Assembly (NCBI GenBank): GCA_951406725.2
Contig: OX597839.1
Coordinates: forward strand, 17,608,001 to 17,672,000
Reading direction: 5' to 3'
Length of the DNA: 64,000 nucleotides
Origin: Octopus vulgaris
Lineage: Eukaryota
How positions within the stretch are numbered: the stretch's first letter is position 1; every line of letters begins with the position of its first letter. Shown here piece by piece: positions 1-13,790 of this stretch. The notes under the pieces were generated by a model, which saw only the letters and a program-made list of their open reading frames with translations, was not told the origin of the DNA and did not search any database. The position numbers and the translations under genes were made by a program.

Positions 1-309
1 CTTCAGTCCTTGCATTTCCTTCATTATTTTTCTAAGGAAGGACTTCATTGTTACTTAGAAGAAGATATTTCTCTTCACCTGATTTTATTGTTTTATACTA
101 AATCTTTTTTTCTGTGCCTTTTTCCTTTATGTTGTTGCATCTATAATTATTTCTTCCTGGTTATATGATGAAGGTATGATTTTGCAGATTGGTATAGTCA
201 GGGGTTTAGGTATTTACTTATCTACTTGTGATAATGAGCCCAGAGATATTTCATTTGCTATCCCCAGAACTGGTCTTCTGGAAACTTAGATTTATTATTC
301 TTTTTGTTA

Positions 310-675
310 TTACCTTTGAGTTTCATTATTTTTCTTTTCTTTGTTTTTGATTAATCTACCCAGTTCTTTAGGAAATTCAGCTCTATTGTGTGTTTTGCTC
401 CAACAAATATAACAACTGAGTTTTCTACTCTTTACCAACAATCTCATACACTTTGTCTTGGTTTTTTCTACTAAACACACTTCTAGTATGGTTCTGTATC
501 TTTTGGGCTTCATTAGAACTTGCAAGTCCATTTTGATCCTCCTTGTCAACAGGTGACCTTTTGTGAAGCTTGTTTTGACCACTCTACTATACTGTGACAC
601 AAAAGTCACTTCTAGCCATGGGTCCACATTGTGTCCAGTATCTCCTTTTGTGACTCTTGTGTTTCTTAAACCCAT
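310..675 (-). pseudogene. Degenerate gag-like/ORF1 fragment of a retroelement with a mutated CCHC zinc knuckle
   Basis: The ORF contains CYICWSKTHNRAEFP = C-x2-C-x4-H-x4-F. The last Cys appears as Phe (TTT, one change from TGT). It is preceded by LLVKSRK and followed by a Lys/Glu-rich tract, as in LINE ORF1 proteins. Confidence 0.45.
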
Positions 676-2106
676 GTACTAGGACATAGATGTATAGTCA
701 GAGGTATGTCAGACAATTTCAAACTATGTTTGAGTTGCACTTCCAGTTTTAAAGGCACAGCAAATAGTGCCATTGCTTTTTCCTTTTGCAATTGAGACAG
801 CTTGTTGTTAAACAAATCAATATGAGGGGAAATTAATGACTGTCATTGGTATTGTGGGCAACCCCACCTTAGGCAATTAGTTCCTTCTACAAGCACTCCA
901 AAGAAAATTTCATTCGGATACTTGAAATCTAATGTGTTTTGAAGGGAGAATCAAAGCGACATCTTCACACTACTAAAGTTAGTGATGATGATGGTGATAA
1001 CAATGATGATGATGATGATGTAAAACAATCCATGTTATCCAGAGAGAAAATTACTATGTATGATTCAATTAAGATAGTAGACGAAAAAAAAAGGTGAGTT
1101 GTTTTAGTTTAGTTTACAAAATAGTTTTTGTTGGATTAAGTTTTTGCTGTTTCTGTTTTTCTCCTAACTTTCATTCTGTCTATTTAAGTACAAGGTATAA
1201 AAAAAATCCTTACATGTTTGGTTCTTAAAAGGATTGCTGCCTTTAACATGTGTATAGTTACATATCCCCTCCTACTTCAACATGCCATTTATATCATCAT
1301 CATCATCATCATATTATATTACAGACTATACAGTGAGATTCTGTAATTATTTGTACATAGCTCTTCTTAACATTGCTGTTGGATTCCAAAAATGCTTAAT
1401 AATAATAACAGCAGTAGTAGTAGTAGTAGTAATTAGAATAACAACGAATGTAGAATGTTTTGATGAAACCAGTGTGAATGTTTAATGCATATTTTACTTT
1501 TGAAATGCATCCCTTTTCCACCCGGGTGCCATTTATTTGTTTTGTATTTGGATGAGGGTTATTTTTGTTGTTTACTTTTGTTATTTTTTTTTTGCACACT
1601 TTTAAGAATACTTCTAATTTCTTTTATTCATTTTCTACTTTATTATATCTGCATTAGTTAGCTTAGCTATTAACCTGAGTAGCTTGTAATAATTAATTTT
1701 TTTTCTCTTTTAAATCTTAAAGTAAAAAAAAATATTGGAAGATGACAGAAAAAACAAGCAAAGGTTGACTTTTCTTGTTATTATTTCATACATTTTTTAT
1801 TAATTTCTTTCTTTTGCTTTTTGCATTTTAAACATTGTTTTTTGTCGTCCCTTATATTTTATCCATTTTTATTAAATAAATGATTAAAGGAAAGTAAAAA
1901 AAATTATGTTAAACTTTTATTAGCAATTAACCAATATATATAGCATGTAACACAGGTGATGGTGACAGGTAAAACAAATTCATTAGCAGTACTTAATTGA
2001 ATTCTTAGATCTTTTTCTCCAATGTTAAGCACTTTATCGTGTTTGCCTTTGGTCTATTTTTCTTTTGTATTTATAATTATTTTTTACATTTAACTATTGT
2101 TTTCAT

Positions 2107-2187
<81 letters not shown>

Positions 2188-2193
2188 CATACA

Positions 2194-2232
<39 letters not shown>

Positions 2233-2484
2233 GGGAAATGATTTCTATTATCATTGCATATGCAGATTTAGGGTTTGTTATTTTAATGACAGTTCACATT
2301 TTGAACTTAGATAAAAATAACCAAAAACAAGGAAGAGAAAATAAATGCGGTAAAAGAAATAATTAGCTAAAAAAAAAAATGCATAAAAAATCTTAAATTA
2401 AATAGAAATCACTGGTTCTTATCTCATTGATTATGGAAATTCAATCTTTTTAGGTAACAGTTAAGATTCACTTTCATGTATAAG

Positions 2485-2642
2485 CACAGGCATAGCTGTG
2501 TGGATAAGAAATTTGCTTTAGAACCATATGGTTTTGAGTTCAGTCCTAGTGTACAGCACCTTGAGCAAGTGTCTCCTACTATAGCCCCAGACCCACCAAT
2601 GTGTTGTGAATTTGATAGACAGAAACTGGGTGAAAGCCTTTC

Positions 2643-2645
<3 letters not shown>
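2485..2645 (+). mobile_element. SINE family A, decayed 5' half
   Basis: caggcatagctgtgtgg...gttcagtcc...gcaagtgtct...gatagacagaaactg matches the better copy at 42165-42578. Confidence 0.75.
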
Positions 2646-2700
<55 letters not shown>

Positions 2701-3879
2701 CATCATCATCATCGCTTAACATGCTAGCATAGGTTGGATGATTTGACTGAGGACTGGCGAACCAGATGGCTTCACAAGGCTCCAATCTTAATTTGGCAGT
2801 GTTTCTACAGCTGGATGCCCTTCCACACACCAACCACTCCGTGAGTGTAGTGGGTGCTTTTACATGCCACCAACACGAGAGCCAGTCAGGTGGGACTGGC
2901 AACGGCTACACTCAAATGGTGTTTTTTTATGTGCCACCTGCACAGGAGCCAGTCCAGTGGCATTGGCAACAACCTCACTCAAAAGTTTTCAGGTGCCACC
3001 GGCACAAGTGCCAGTAAGGCAACACTCAAATGGTGCTTTTTACGTGCCACTGGCATGAAAGCCAGTTAGCCACTCAGGCAATGATCACACTCAGATGGTG
3101 CTCTTAGCGCTCCACTAGCATGGATGCCAGTCATTGAATTTGATTTCGATTTCACTTGCCTCAACAGGTCTTCGTAAGCAGAGTTTAGTGTCCAATGAAG
3201 GAAAGGTACGCATAAGTGGGCTGGTTACACCCCTGAAATAGGTCATGAGGTTATGGTCTCATTTGGCTTGCTGGGTCTTCTCAAGCACAGCATATTTCCA
3301 AAAGTCTCTGTCACTAAACATTGCCTCGGTGAGACCTAATGTTTGAAGCTCGTGTTTCACCACTTCATCCCAGGTCTTCCTGGGTCTACCTCTTCCACAG
3401 GTTCCCTCAACCGCTAGGGTGTGGCACTTTTTCACACAGCTATCTTCATCCATTCTCACCACATGACCATACCAGCGCAGTTGTCTCTCTTGCACACTAC
3501 ATCTGATGCTTCTTAGGTCCAGCTTTTCTCTCAAGGTACTTACACTCTGTCGAGTATGAACAGTGACATTATACATCCATCGGATCACAATGGCTTCATT
3601 CCTTGTGAGCTTACACATATCCTCAGCAATCACGGCCCATGTTTCACTGCCATGTAGCATGGCTGTTCGTACACATGCATCATACAGTCTACCTTTTACT
3701 CTGAGCAAGAAGCCCTTTGTCACCAGCAGAGGTAAGAGCTCTCTGAACTTTGCCCAGGTTATTCTTATTCTAGCAGCTATACTTTCAGTGCACCCTCCCC
3801 CGCTACTGACGTGGTCACCTAGGTAACGGAAGCTATCAACTACTTCTAGTTTTTCTCCCTGGAATGTGGCAGAAGTTGT

Positions 3880-3880
<1 letters not shown>
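2701..3880 (-). mobile_element. 5'-truncated RTE-clade LINE: RT C-terminus (open frame 3259-3880), 3' UTR and (GAT)n tail
   Basis: The translation EKLEVVDSFRYLG...ARIRITWAKFRELLPLL...KGRLYDACVRTAMLHGSETW...RQLRWYGHVVRM...GRGRPRKTW has the typical RTE RT C-terminal motifs. The UTR ends in catcatcatc at 2701 and recurs many times in the window. Confidence 0.92.
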
Positions 3881-3950
<70 letters not shown>

Positions 3951-3952
<2 letters not shown>

Positions 3953-4172
3953 TTGTGTCTGGGGAGAGTCACTCTCTTCTGACGCCCTACAACTCAACAC
4001 ACTCACCAGTAAAACTTCTACCTATTTCTCCCCTATTCCTCCAAAATTCCTACTGCATCCTGCAACATTTTCAATAGTTTTGAGAGTCAAAACAATTGAA
4101 AAGGTTGCAAGACGCAACAAAAACTTTAGAAACATAAAAAAGAAATAAGTGGAAACTCCACCGGTGAGCGTG
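3951..4172. mobile_element. Fold-back (palindromic) element next to a (TA)n tract, with strongly biased arm mismatches
   Basis: Arms 3998-4083 and 4087-4172 align without gaps around a GAG loop (61/86 identical). The right arm stops exactly where the minisatellite begins. Confidence 0.85.
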
Positions 4173-4983
4173 AACAAGAGTTCCAGTTGGTCTGGTCATA
4201 ACAAGGGTTTCAGTTGATCTGATCATAACAAGAGTTCCATGTTGATCTGATCATAATAAAGGTTCCAGTTGGTCTGGTCAAGACAAGGGTTCCAGTTGGT
4301 CTGGTCAAGACAAGGGTTCCATTTAGTCTGGTCAAGACAAGGGTTCCATTTGGTCTGGTCAAGACAAGGGTTCCATTTGGTCTGGTCAAAACAAAGGTTC
4401 CTGTTGATCTGATCATAACAATGGCTCCAGTTGATCTGATCATAACAATGGCTCCAGTTGATCTGATCATGACAAGGGTTCCAGTTGATCTGATCATGAC
4501 AAGGGTTCCAGTTGATCTGATCATGACTAGGGTTCCAGTTGATCTGATCATGACAAGGGTTCCAGTTGATCTGATCATGACTAGGGTTCCAGTTGATCTG
4601 ATCATAACAATGGCTCCAGTTGATCTGATCATAACAAGGGTTCCAGTTGACCTGATCACAACAATGGCTCCAGTTGATCTGATCATAACAATGGCTCCAG
4701 TTGATCTGATCATGACAAGGGTTCCAGTTGATCTGATCATGACTAGGGTTCCAGTTGATCTGATCATAACAATGGCTCCAGTTGATCTGATCATGACAAG
4801 GGTTCCAGTTAACCTGACCACAACAATGGCTCCAGTTGATCTGATCATGACAAGGGTTTCAGTTGATCTGACCACAACAATGGCTCCAGTTGATCTGATC
4901 ATGACAAGGGTTCCAGTTAACCTGACCACAGCAATGGCTCCAGTTGATCTGACCATGACAAGGATTCCAGTTGATCCAATCAA
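4173..4983. repeat. 27-bp minisatellite, about 30 copies (consensus GACAAGGGTTCCAGTTGATCTGATCAT)
   Basis: Direct tandem repetition, visible as the 9-aa period (MTRVPVDLI) in ORFs 4210-4983 and 4421-5002. Confidence 0.97.
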
Positions 4984-5242
4984 CAGAACAGGCTGCTTGT
5001 GATATTAAAATAAAAGTGGTTAAGCGCTCCACAGACGTGCATATCCTTCATGTAGTTCTTAAAGAGACTCAGTATGACACTGAATGTGACAAGGCTGGCC
5101 TTTTGAATTTTACATACAACTCACTTTTGCCAGCTGAGCAGACTGGAGCAATGTGAAATAAAGTGTCTTGTTCAAGAACACAACTTGCCATCAGGAATCA
5201 GGATCATGAGTTAAATACTCTAACCACTGAAACATGCACCTT
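4957..5242 (-). mobile_element. SINE family C (tRNA-derived head); its 3' part runs into the minisatellite
   Basis: Colinear with 48863-49170 (-) and 46214-46531 (+). The head reads ggtgcatgtttcagtggttagag on the minus strand (A-box-like). Confidence 0.85.
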
Positions 5243-5249
5243 CTTAATT

Positions 5250-5657
5250 CAATTAAAATTGTAGCTGTGATACCAGTGCCGGTGGCACGTAAGAGAACCA
5301 TCTGAACGTGGCCGTTGCCAGTGCCACCCGAACTGACCTCCGTGCCGGTGGCACGTAAAATGCACCATCCGATTGTGGCCATTGCCAGCCTCGTCTGGCG
5401 ACCGTGCCAGTGGCATGTAAAAAGCACCATCCGATCGTGGCCGTTTGCCAGCCTTGTCTGGCACCTGTGCAGGTGGCACGTAAAAGGCACCCACTACACT
5501 CACGGAGTGGTTGGCGTTAGGAAGTGCATCCAGCTGTAGAAACACTGCCAGATCAGACTGGGCCTGGTGCAGCCTTCTGGCTTCCCAGATCCCCGGTCGA
5601 ACCGTCCAACCCATGCTAGCATGGAAAACGGACGTTAAACAATGATGATGATGATGA
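5250..5657 (+). mobile_element. RTE LINE 3' UTR copy with (GAT)n tail
   Basis: Reverse complement of 2701-3100: gtgccggtggcacgtaaaa sub-repeats, actcacggagtggttggcgttaggaag, aacccatgctagcatgg, gatgatgat. Confidence 0.9.
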
Positions 5658-6583
5658 AGTTAAGACACTCAGAAAAGGCACCCACCTAAAGATGGCAGCA
5701 ATCTCCAATGCAAGCCCAAATGGTGGCCTTATAGAGATACAAAATACTCTGAAGCATAAGAAATTTTATGAGTGCAGAAGAGAAATCCAAACTTCTTGGC
5801 AGCCAACATTGAACAGATTGATGCAAAACAACGATAAGAATGATAACAGACTTTATTATCCCCAAGAATCTGGAACAAGATGAAAAAATGTTGTGTTCTT
5901 GCTACCAAGTTCTTATGTCTGTATATATAAATCTTTAGTGAATTTATGATGCCTCAATATATTAATGGTAGAGTTAGTGGTAGACAGTCTTTATTTGGAA
6001 TGATTTCCATGTATTGATTTTTTTTCTTCTTTTTGAAGAGTGTATTTGAATTGTTTGTTCTGCGTTTGTCAAATTTCACAAGTGTTACAAATTTTTTTAT
6101 GTTTTTTTTTAAACCCCCCCCCCCTCGAACAAATCCCCCACACAGAATTTACTTACTACAAAGGATATTTTGAAGAAGTATTTTATTGTTGCAAAAGTTC
6201 TTCTGACTTTAAAAAAAAAAATTGTTATATAAATATGTGTGTGTGTGTTTTCTTTTGTTTTCATTCTTGTCATAGATTGAACAGTTAGAAAGCTGACATC
6301 TGCAGCTGTTATATTTATATTCAAGTCATCAATCTATCTATCTTTGTGTCAGTCTCAGAAGGCAATTATTCTTAAAAGTACCATTTGTAGGTTTGGAACT
6401 TATCATCAGATGAATGACAAATTAGCTGCGGCCTAGAAATTTAGCATTATCGATAATATTTGAAGTGTAGAGAGAGAAAGGCAAAGTTAAAAAACAGAAT
6501 AGAACAAAACGTTTGAAAATTGTATTTGTTTTTTGAAAATTATGTAATTTTTAAACTTCATTATTTGTATACATGAAACATTC

Positions 6584-6976
<393 letters not shown>

Positions 6977-7747
6977 GGTAGAGGGAAGAATTATTCAATA
7001 CTGTAATGTATTAACTGCGACAGGACATATGTGTGTGTGTCTGTCTGTCTGTCTGTCTGTATGTATGTATTGTATGTATGTATGTATGTATGTATGTATT
7101 GTATGGATGGATGGTTATACAGACTCCGAAGAGGCTGGTGTTGGTTTGCATCAGCAAGACTTATTATGTTATATTGTAAAATCAATCGAAAGAGTAGAGT
7201 GAACTTAGTGTCACGAGTGGAAAATTCAGTTTTCGGACAGAGGTCTTCTTCAGGGAAATGTTGAAAGAAGTGAGATTAATGAGAGACAGCAGAAAGACTC
7301 AGTCCAAAAACAATGAATTTTCCACTCCCCATGACACTGTTCACTTTTTATCAGTTTTACTATATGTAAGTATATGTGTGTTTGTATGTGTCTGTCATTA
7401 ACATCAGCATCAACATCATAACGTCCACTTTTCTGTTCTTATTGGGAGGGATTGGGCAGGATTTGTTGAGACAGATTTTCTACAGCCAGATGACCTTTTT
7501 GTCACCAACCCTCAGCCTTTTCCAAGCAGGCTAATATTTCCTCATGGCTGGACATGTTATTATCACAGACGTTTCAAAAAGAAAGACACCACTTGTATAC
7601 TGGTGACACTCATTTAAAACAATCATGCGATGTTAAGTCGGGAGACACTAATTCACACACATACATGTTTACACACATATCCAACAGGCTTCTTTCAGTT
7701 TCCAACTTCAAAATCTACCCACAAGGCTTTGGTCATCCTGTCACTAT

Positions 7748-8096
7748 ACTCTTACTCTTTTACTTGTTTCAGTCATTTGACTGCAGCCATGCTGGAGCAC
7801 CGCCTTTAGTCGAGCAAATCGACCCCTGGACTTATTCTTTGTAAGCCTAGTACTTATTCTATCGGTTGTCAAGCGATGTTGGGGGGACAAACACAGATAC
7901 ACAAACACACACACATATATATATACATATATACGACAGGCTTCTTTCAGTTTCCGTCTACCAAATCCACTCACAAGGCTTTGGTCGGCCTGAGGCTATA
8001 GTAGAAGACACTTGCCCAAGGTGTCACGCAGTGGGAGTGAACCCAGAACCATGTGGTTGGTAAGCAAGCTACTTAACACACAGCCACTCCTGCGCC
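7748..8096 (-). mobile_element. SINE family A, near full length
   Basis: Reverse complement of 42165-42578: head ggcgcaggagtggctgtgtg, internal microsatellite, tail ggcggtgctccagcatggctgcagtcaaatgactgaaac. A second decayed head follows at about 8100-8200. Confidence 0.92.
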
Positions 8097-9059
8097 TATA
8101 GTAGAAATTACTTGCTCAAAGTGCCATGCAGTGGGACTGAACCCCAAACTATGTAGTTGGGAAGTAAGCTTACCATCTACACAGCATCATCTGTACCTAC
8201 ACAGCTATACCTTTATTTGTGTATGTATGAATGAATGAATCAATCTCTCTTTCTATCTATCTATCTAACTTTATGTGTGTATATTATTTCTAACTGATTA
8301 CCCACAACATGGATGAACCAACAACCTCAAGTTCCTTTTTGAATTTTCATCAGCAACCAGATATTCATGTTTTGTGCTTGACAGAAGTTCTAATGGGAAC
8401 TTGAAACAGTTAATTCAGTTACAGAGAAAGAGCTAGTATATAGATATATAAAAAAAAGTTAAGCTTTATATTACAACATGTATTGAGTACTTATTGAATA
8501 GTTTTCTTATAAGTCATTCAACAAAGATTATTATAACTTGTACGTAGGTGTGTGTGTGTGTGTGAAAAACTAGCTAAGATTAAGATTAAAGACACAGAAA
8601 AATATAGATTTATTGTACATTACATCAAATACATATACAGACACACACAAACACATATACATGTAAATATATGTATGTATTTACATACATATATATATTA
8701 TTATATTGATAACATTTGGTGGCTGTTAATGAGCATCACTGTCATGCAACTGATGTTATTTGCTTCCACTCATCTATGATAAGTATGTCTGGGCATGGGT
8801 ATTTATTATCTTGCTTGGAAATGGGTGAGGGAATGGTATCTGGTCACAGAAAATCTGCCTTGATAAATTCTGTCTAACCCATGCAAGCATGGAGAAGTGT
8901 GTTTGTTACATGATGATGATGATGATGTACACACACACACACACACACAAACATATATATTCTCTCTTGGCTTGAATTTGTAATTCTCCAAGTCTCTTGT
9001 TTAAGATATATGATATCAACAGTCAGTTCACAACAGAAAGAAAAAAAATTGTAAGTTAT

Positions 9060-9118
<59 letters not shown>

Positions 9119-9132
9119 ATATGTATGTATGT

Positions 9133-9165
<33 letters not shown>

Positions 9166-9272
9166 ATATGTATGTATGTATATATATATATATATATATA
9201 TATAAGTATGTATATATATATATATATGCATGTATGTATGTATGTATATATATATATATGCATGTATGTATG

Positions 9273-9317
<45 letters not shown>

Positions 9318-9390
9318 TTATGTATATTTATATATATATGCATACACATATTCAGTATATGCGTGTGTGTATATATATATATATATTTAT

Positions 9391-9434
<44 letters not shown>

Positions 9435-9606
9435 TTATATATATATCTATATATATATATACATACACATATTCAGTATATGTGTGTGTGTATGTGTATG
9501 TATATATATATATATATATATATACATACACATATTCAGTATATGTGTGTGTGTATGTGTATGTATATATATATATATACATACACATATTCAGTATATG
9601 TGTGTG

Positions 9607-9646
<40 letters not shown>

Positions 9647-9722
9647 CACATATTCAGTATATGTGTGTGTATGTATATATATATATATATATATACATGC
9701 ACATATTCAGTATATGTGTGTG
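9060..9722. repeat. Compound microsatellite with a higher-order unit (CATACACATATTCAGTATATG plus variable GT/TA), about 6 copies from 9341
   Basis: The anchor motif recurs near 9341, 9462, 9524, 9579, 9642 and 9700. Confidence 0.92.
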
Positions 9723-10496
9723 TAGAGAGAGGGGGGGGAGGGAAGGAAGGAGGGAGAGGTGTGAAGCTATAAAGGTAAACTAGAAAGATATGAATACTGC
9801 CAAAATGTCAGCAAATCACTTACAGCTTGTCTGTGAAATACTTTACATAACTGTTCAAAGATCAAAATTACTTATCAAAATCATCACCATCATTGTTTAA
9901 CGTCCATGCTCCATGCAGGCATGGGTTGGATGGTTTAACCGGATGTAGATAACCGGCAGCTTGTGTTCATCTCAGTTGCCTGCTTTGGCAAGGTTTCCAT
10001 GGCTAGTTGCCCTTCCTAATGTCAATCACTTAAATGGTATGTAAAATCAATTAACGGAAATCTTTGTGCTTAGCAATTTTGCAGAGGCTTCAATAAATTA
10101 GTAGAATCACTAGAATATAGGGTGAAATGTTTCACAGCATATGTTCTGGGTTGTGTTCTGAGTTCAAATCCTGTTGATGTATGTTACCTTTTATCCTTTT
10201 GGAGACGAGTTGATAAATAAAGTACCAATTTAGGTAGACTGGTAAACTTGATAGAGCACTTAACAGGACACCCAGTGCTACTTGTTCCAGTTCATTGTAT
10301 TCTCTTTCATCATCATTCTAACGTCCACTTTTCTATGCTCTCATGGGCCAGAGGAAATTTGCTAAGGCAGATTTTCTCATTTCTGAGTGAATATATTTAT
10401 TCAACTACTTACATACTAAAGAGGACAAGTGGATTGTATTACAAAGTTGAGTTCACTAGAGTAGCACTCTTATTCTATGAATATGTTACACTACAA

Positions 10497-10557
<61 letters not shown>

Positions 10558-11965
10558 CATACATATATATATATGTGTGTGTGTGTGTATATATGCACGC
10601 ACGCAAACACACATACACACACACTTCTTTCAGTTTCTGCCTAAAGAGTCTAATCACAAGGCTTTCTTTGACTTAGGATCATAGTAGAGAAATTTCTCAA
10701 GATGCAATACAGTGGAATTGAGCTCAAGGCTACATAGTTGGGAAGCAAGCTTCTTTATCACATAGTCATGTCTGCCCCAGTCTCAATTTGAATCCTACAT
10801 GGGTGGTCACTAATCCTAATCTAGTGCTCACTATAACACTACCACCTGGTCTTTGAGTGCCTTTAACACTGGTGTCCACTCTCTTGTAAGTATTGTGGCC
10901 TAGTCTCAAATTTCAGTGTAACTTCTTCCCTCTCTCTCTTATACCTGTCTTGGAGACAGTGCAAAGTGTCATAGGCATTTCCCTTCCCTCTGACTTTGGC
11001 CTTAGTTATGTATGTATGTGTGTATGTATGATTTTGACCAGCAGTGTGTTTAATGAACACTACCCTCCTTACCAAGTGAGCTTAGCATTGCTGCTGGTTT
11101 AATCAACAATAGCATAGAGTTTAGACACTTTTCCTAGTTCAGAAAGGTATTTTGAAAAGTGCCTTGAATTGAACTGTTTGGCTAATTCTCATGCAGTTTG
11201 CTTTGGATTTTCCTCAGTTACAATTATCAGAATCTCAACAGAGACAGATTTTGGTTATCCAGATTGAGGAGAGTCTGTCTGAGAAAAATTTCCCCAGAAA
11301 AAAAACACCCAAAAATCATTCACATTTCTGAACACTTAAAGCTTCATCTCCATACACAGAACAAATATTTCTTACTACTTCTATTGCTGAAGAGTCGCTT
11401 TTGAATTCATACAGCATGCAGTGTCTGATATGGGTCTGATCTAAACCCATTTTAAAAGCATAAGAAAAAAAAATTCAATGCAAATTTAACCAATTTGGAA
11501 TAAAGTAATCTGCAAAGAAAGGAAAAGAACAACATTAGAATATAAAAATTAATGCTTATTTTGGTGTAAGTATTGAAAAAGTACCTCAAAGTAATCATGT
11601 CAAAAATGAGACAGGACTTTCTTTCCAACCCAAAATATGCATGCATATACATATACATATATATATATATATATATATATGAATATCATATGACGATGAT
11701 ATATAAACTATACAGAACAATAAGTGTAAATACTTGTCATCTATCACATGTATAACTTTTTTGAGGGACAAAAGCTTAAAGTCACATATTTTTTCCTCTT
11801 ACAAATTTCAACAGTAAAATAAAGTAAAAACAAAAAAAATTAATATATGTGAGTTTCCAGAATAATGGTGACAACATTAGCCATGACCTTTCTCAGAGTA
11901 TACTCCTTAAATACTTAAATATCATATTTCATTTATATGAAAAGAAGCTATACATATATAAATAT

Positions 11966-12026
<61 letters not shown>

Positions 12027-12844
12027 TATATATTATAAATATGTGTGCATATATATAAATGAACATATACATACACAGTATATATACATAATCCACACAC
12101 ACACATATGTATTACAAACGCATGATATCAAAATATAAAATTAAATTTTTTCAAAATGAAAGAAACTAGCATAACTCATTTATTTTCTCTTTTTTTCTTT
12201 TACTTTTTTCTCTTTTTGTGAAACATACACACATGCAGGCACAGTCTCTCTGTCTCTGTCCCAGCCCCTCTTTCTCCCTCTCTCTCCCTCCCTTTCTCTG
12301 TTTCTCTTTTCCTCTCTGTTTATCTCACTCTGTCTCACATTCCCTCTCTCTCCGTCTCATTTACTTGCTCCAAGAAAATGTGCTTTAAAAAAAAAGTTTT
12401 CTTTAGTTTTATGACTGAGAGTTCTCAAAGAGGGGAGTGGGGGTTACGATATAAAAATACATCCTTTGAGGACTCTGTATGTTGTTATCTGTCAAGTTTC
12501 AACACTTCTGAAAGGAATCAATTGGAAGAATGCACAGGATTCTGACAAGCATGAAGGTACTTTCCATCCACTCGACAGCTGTCACTTTACCTTTAACCGG
12601 TTTCCTCTATCTTTACCATTGCCTCTGCCCCCAACCATTCACCCCCAACATCTCTCTCCCATAATGTCCAATCCCCCAAACCCCAGCCCTCACTTACCAG
12701 TTATGATGTTATAATAATAAAAACTTTAGATTTGGGCAATAAATCTTAGACCTATAATAGCTTCTCTTCAGTGACATTGAAAAAGAGATAGACACACATT
12801 GGGAAAATAAGTCTCGAGATTTGTATGTTTGGATGTGTGTACAT

Positions 12845-12890
<46 letters not shown>

Positions 12891-12905
12891 CATACTCATA
12901 CACAC

Positions 12906-13032
<127 letters not shown>

Positions 13033-13629
13033 AAAAAAAAATATATATATACATATATATTTATATTTATATATTAAAAAAAAAATATATATATATATAC
13101 ATATATATACATATATGTGTGTGTGTATGTGTATATACATATATAAATGCACGCATGCACATATAGATCTGCATACACACACATACACTCAGACACACAT
13201 GCATATATCTATATCTTAGAGAGTAAGAGAGAGACTTCGGGAGAGGAAAATGTAAGTAGGTAGTGTAAGGGAGAGCAGATGAAGGTAGGAAGGTGGAAAG
13301 GGAAGCTGGAAAGGAGGTTCCAGCTGGATTTTTATACAAGTTGTAGACTGAATATATTTATTTCAACATTTACGCACTTTATATATCTGTGGTGTATAAA
13401 AGATTGGAAAATACTTATTCTTCAGAAATAAATAAGAGAAAATATTTTTAGAGACATTTAAGTAAGAAATGGGAGAAAGAAAATACTGTATTTGTTGCAT
13501 GTGTATATTTACTTGTGTACATATACATGTATGAGTATGTATGTTATGTATGTTTGTATGTATATATATGTATATGAATATATATGTGTGTATGTATGCA
13601 GGTATACATAATGCATGTATATATATTTC

Positions 13630-13685
<56 letters not shown>

Positions 13686-13755
13686 GATGAATATGTGCGT
13701 GTCTCTGAGTAAATAAATGTGTATACTTACAAACATGCACACACACACTTGCACA

Positions 13756-13790
<35 letters not shown>

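Noticed and set aside
4173-4983. CRISPR-like array, or 257-aa/193-aa repeat proteins
   Set aside because: The units are head-to-tail with no unique spacers, there are no cas genes and the context is eukaryotic. The ORFs are a by-product of a stop-free 27-bp unit derived from a SINE.
12445-12560. TATA-like motif followed by gaag|gtactt donor-like site
   Set aside because: Weak donor, no recognisable product, and such motifs are frequent in AT-rich DNA.
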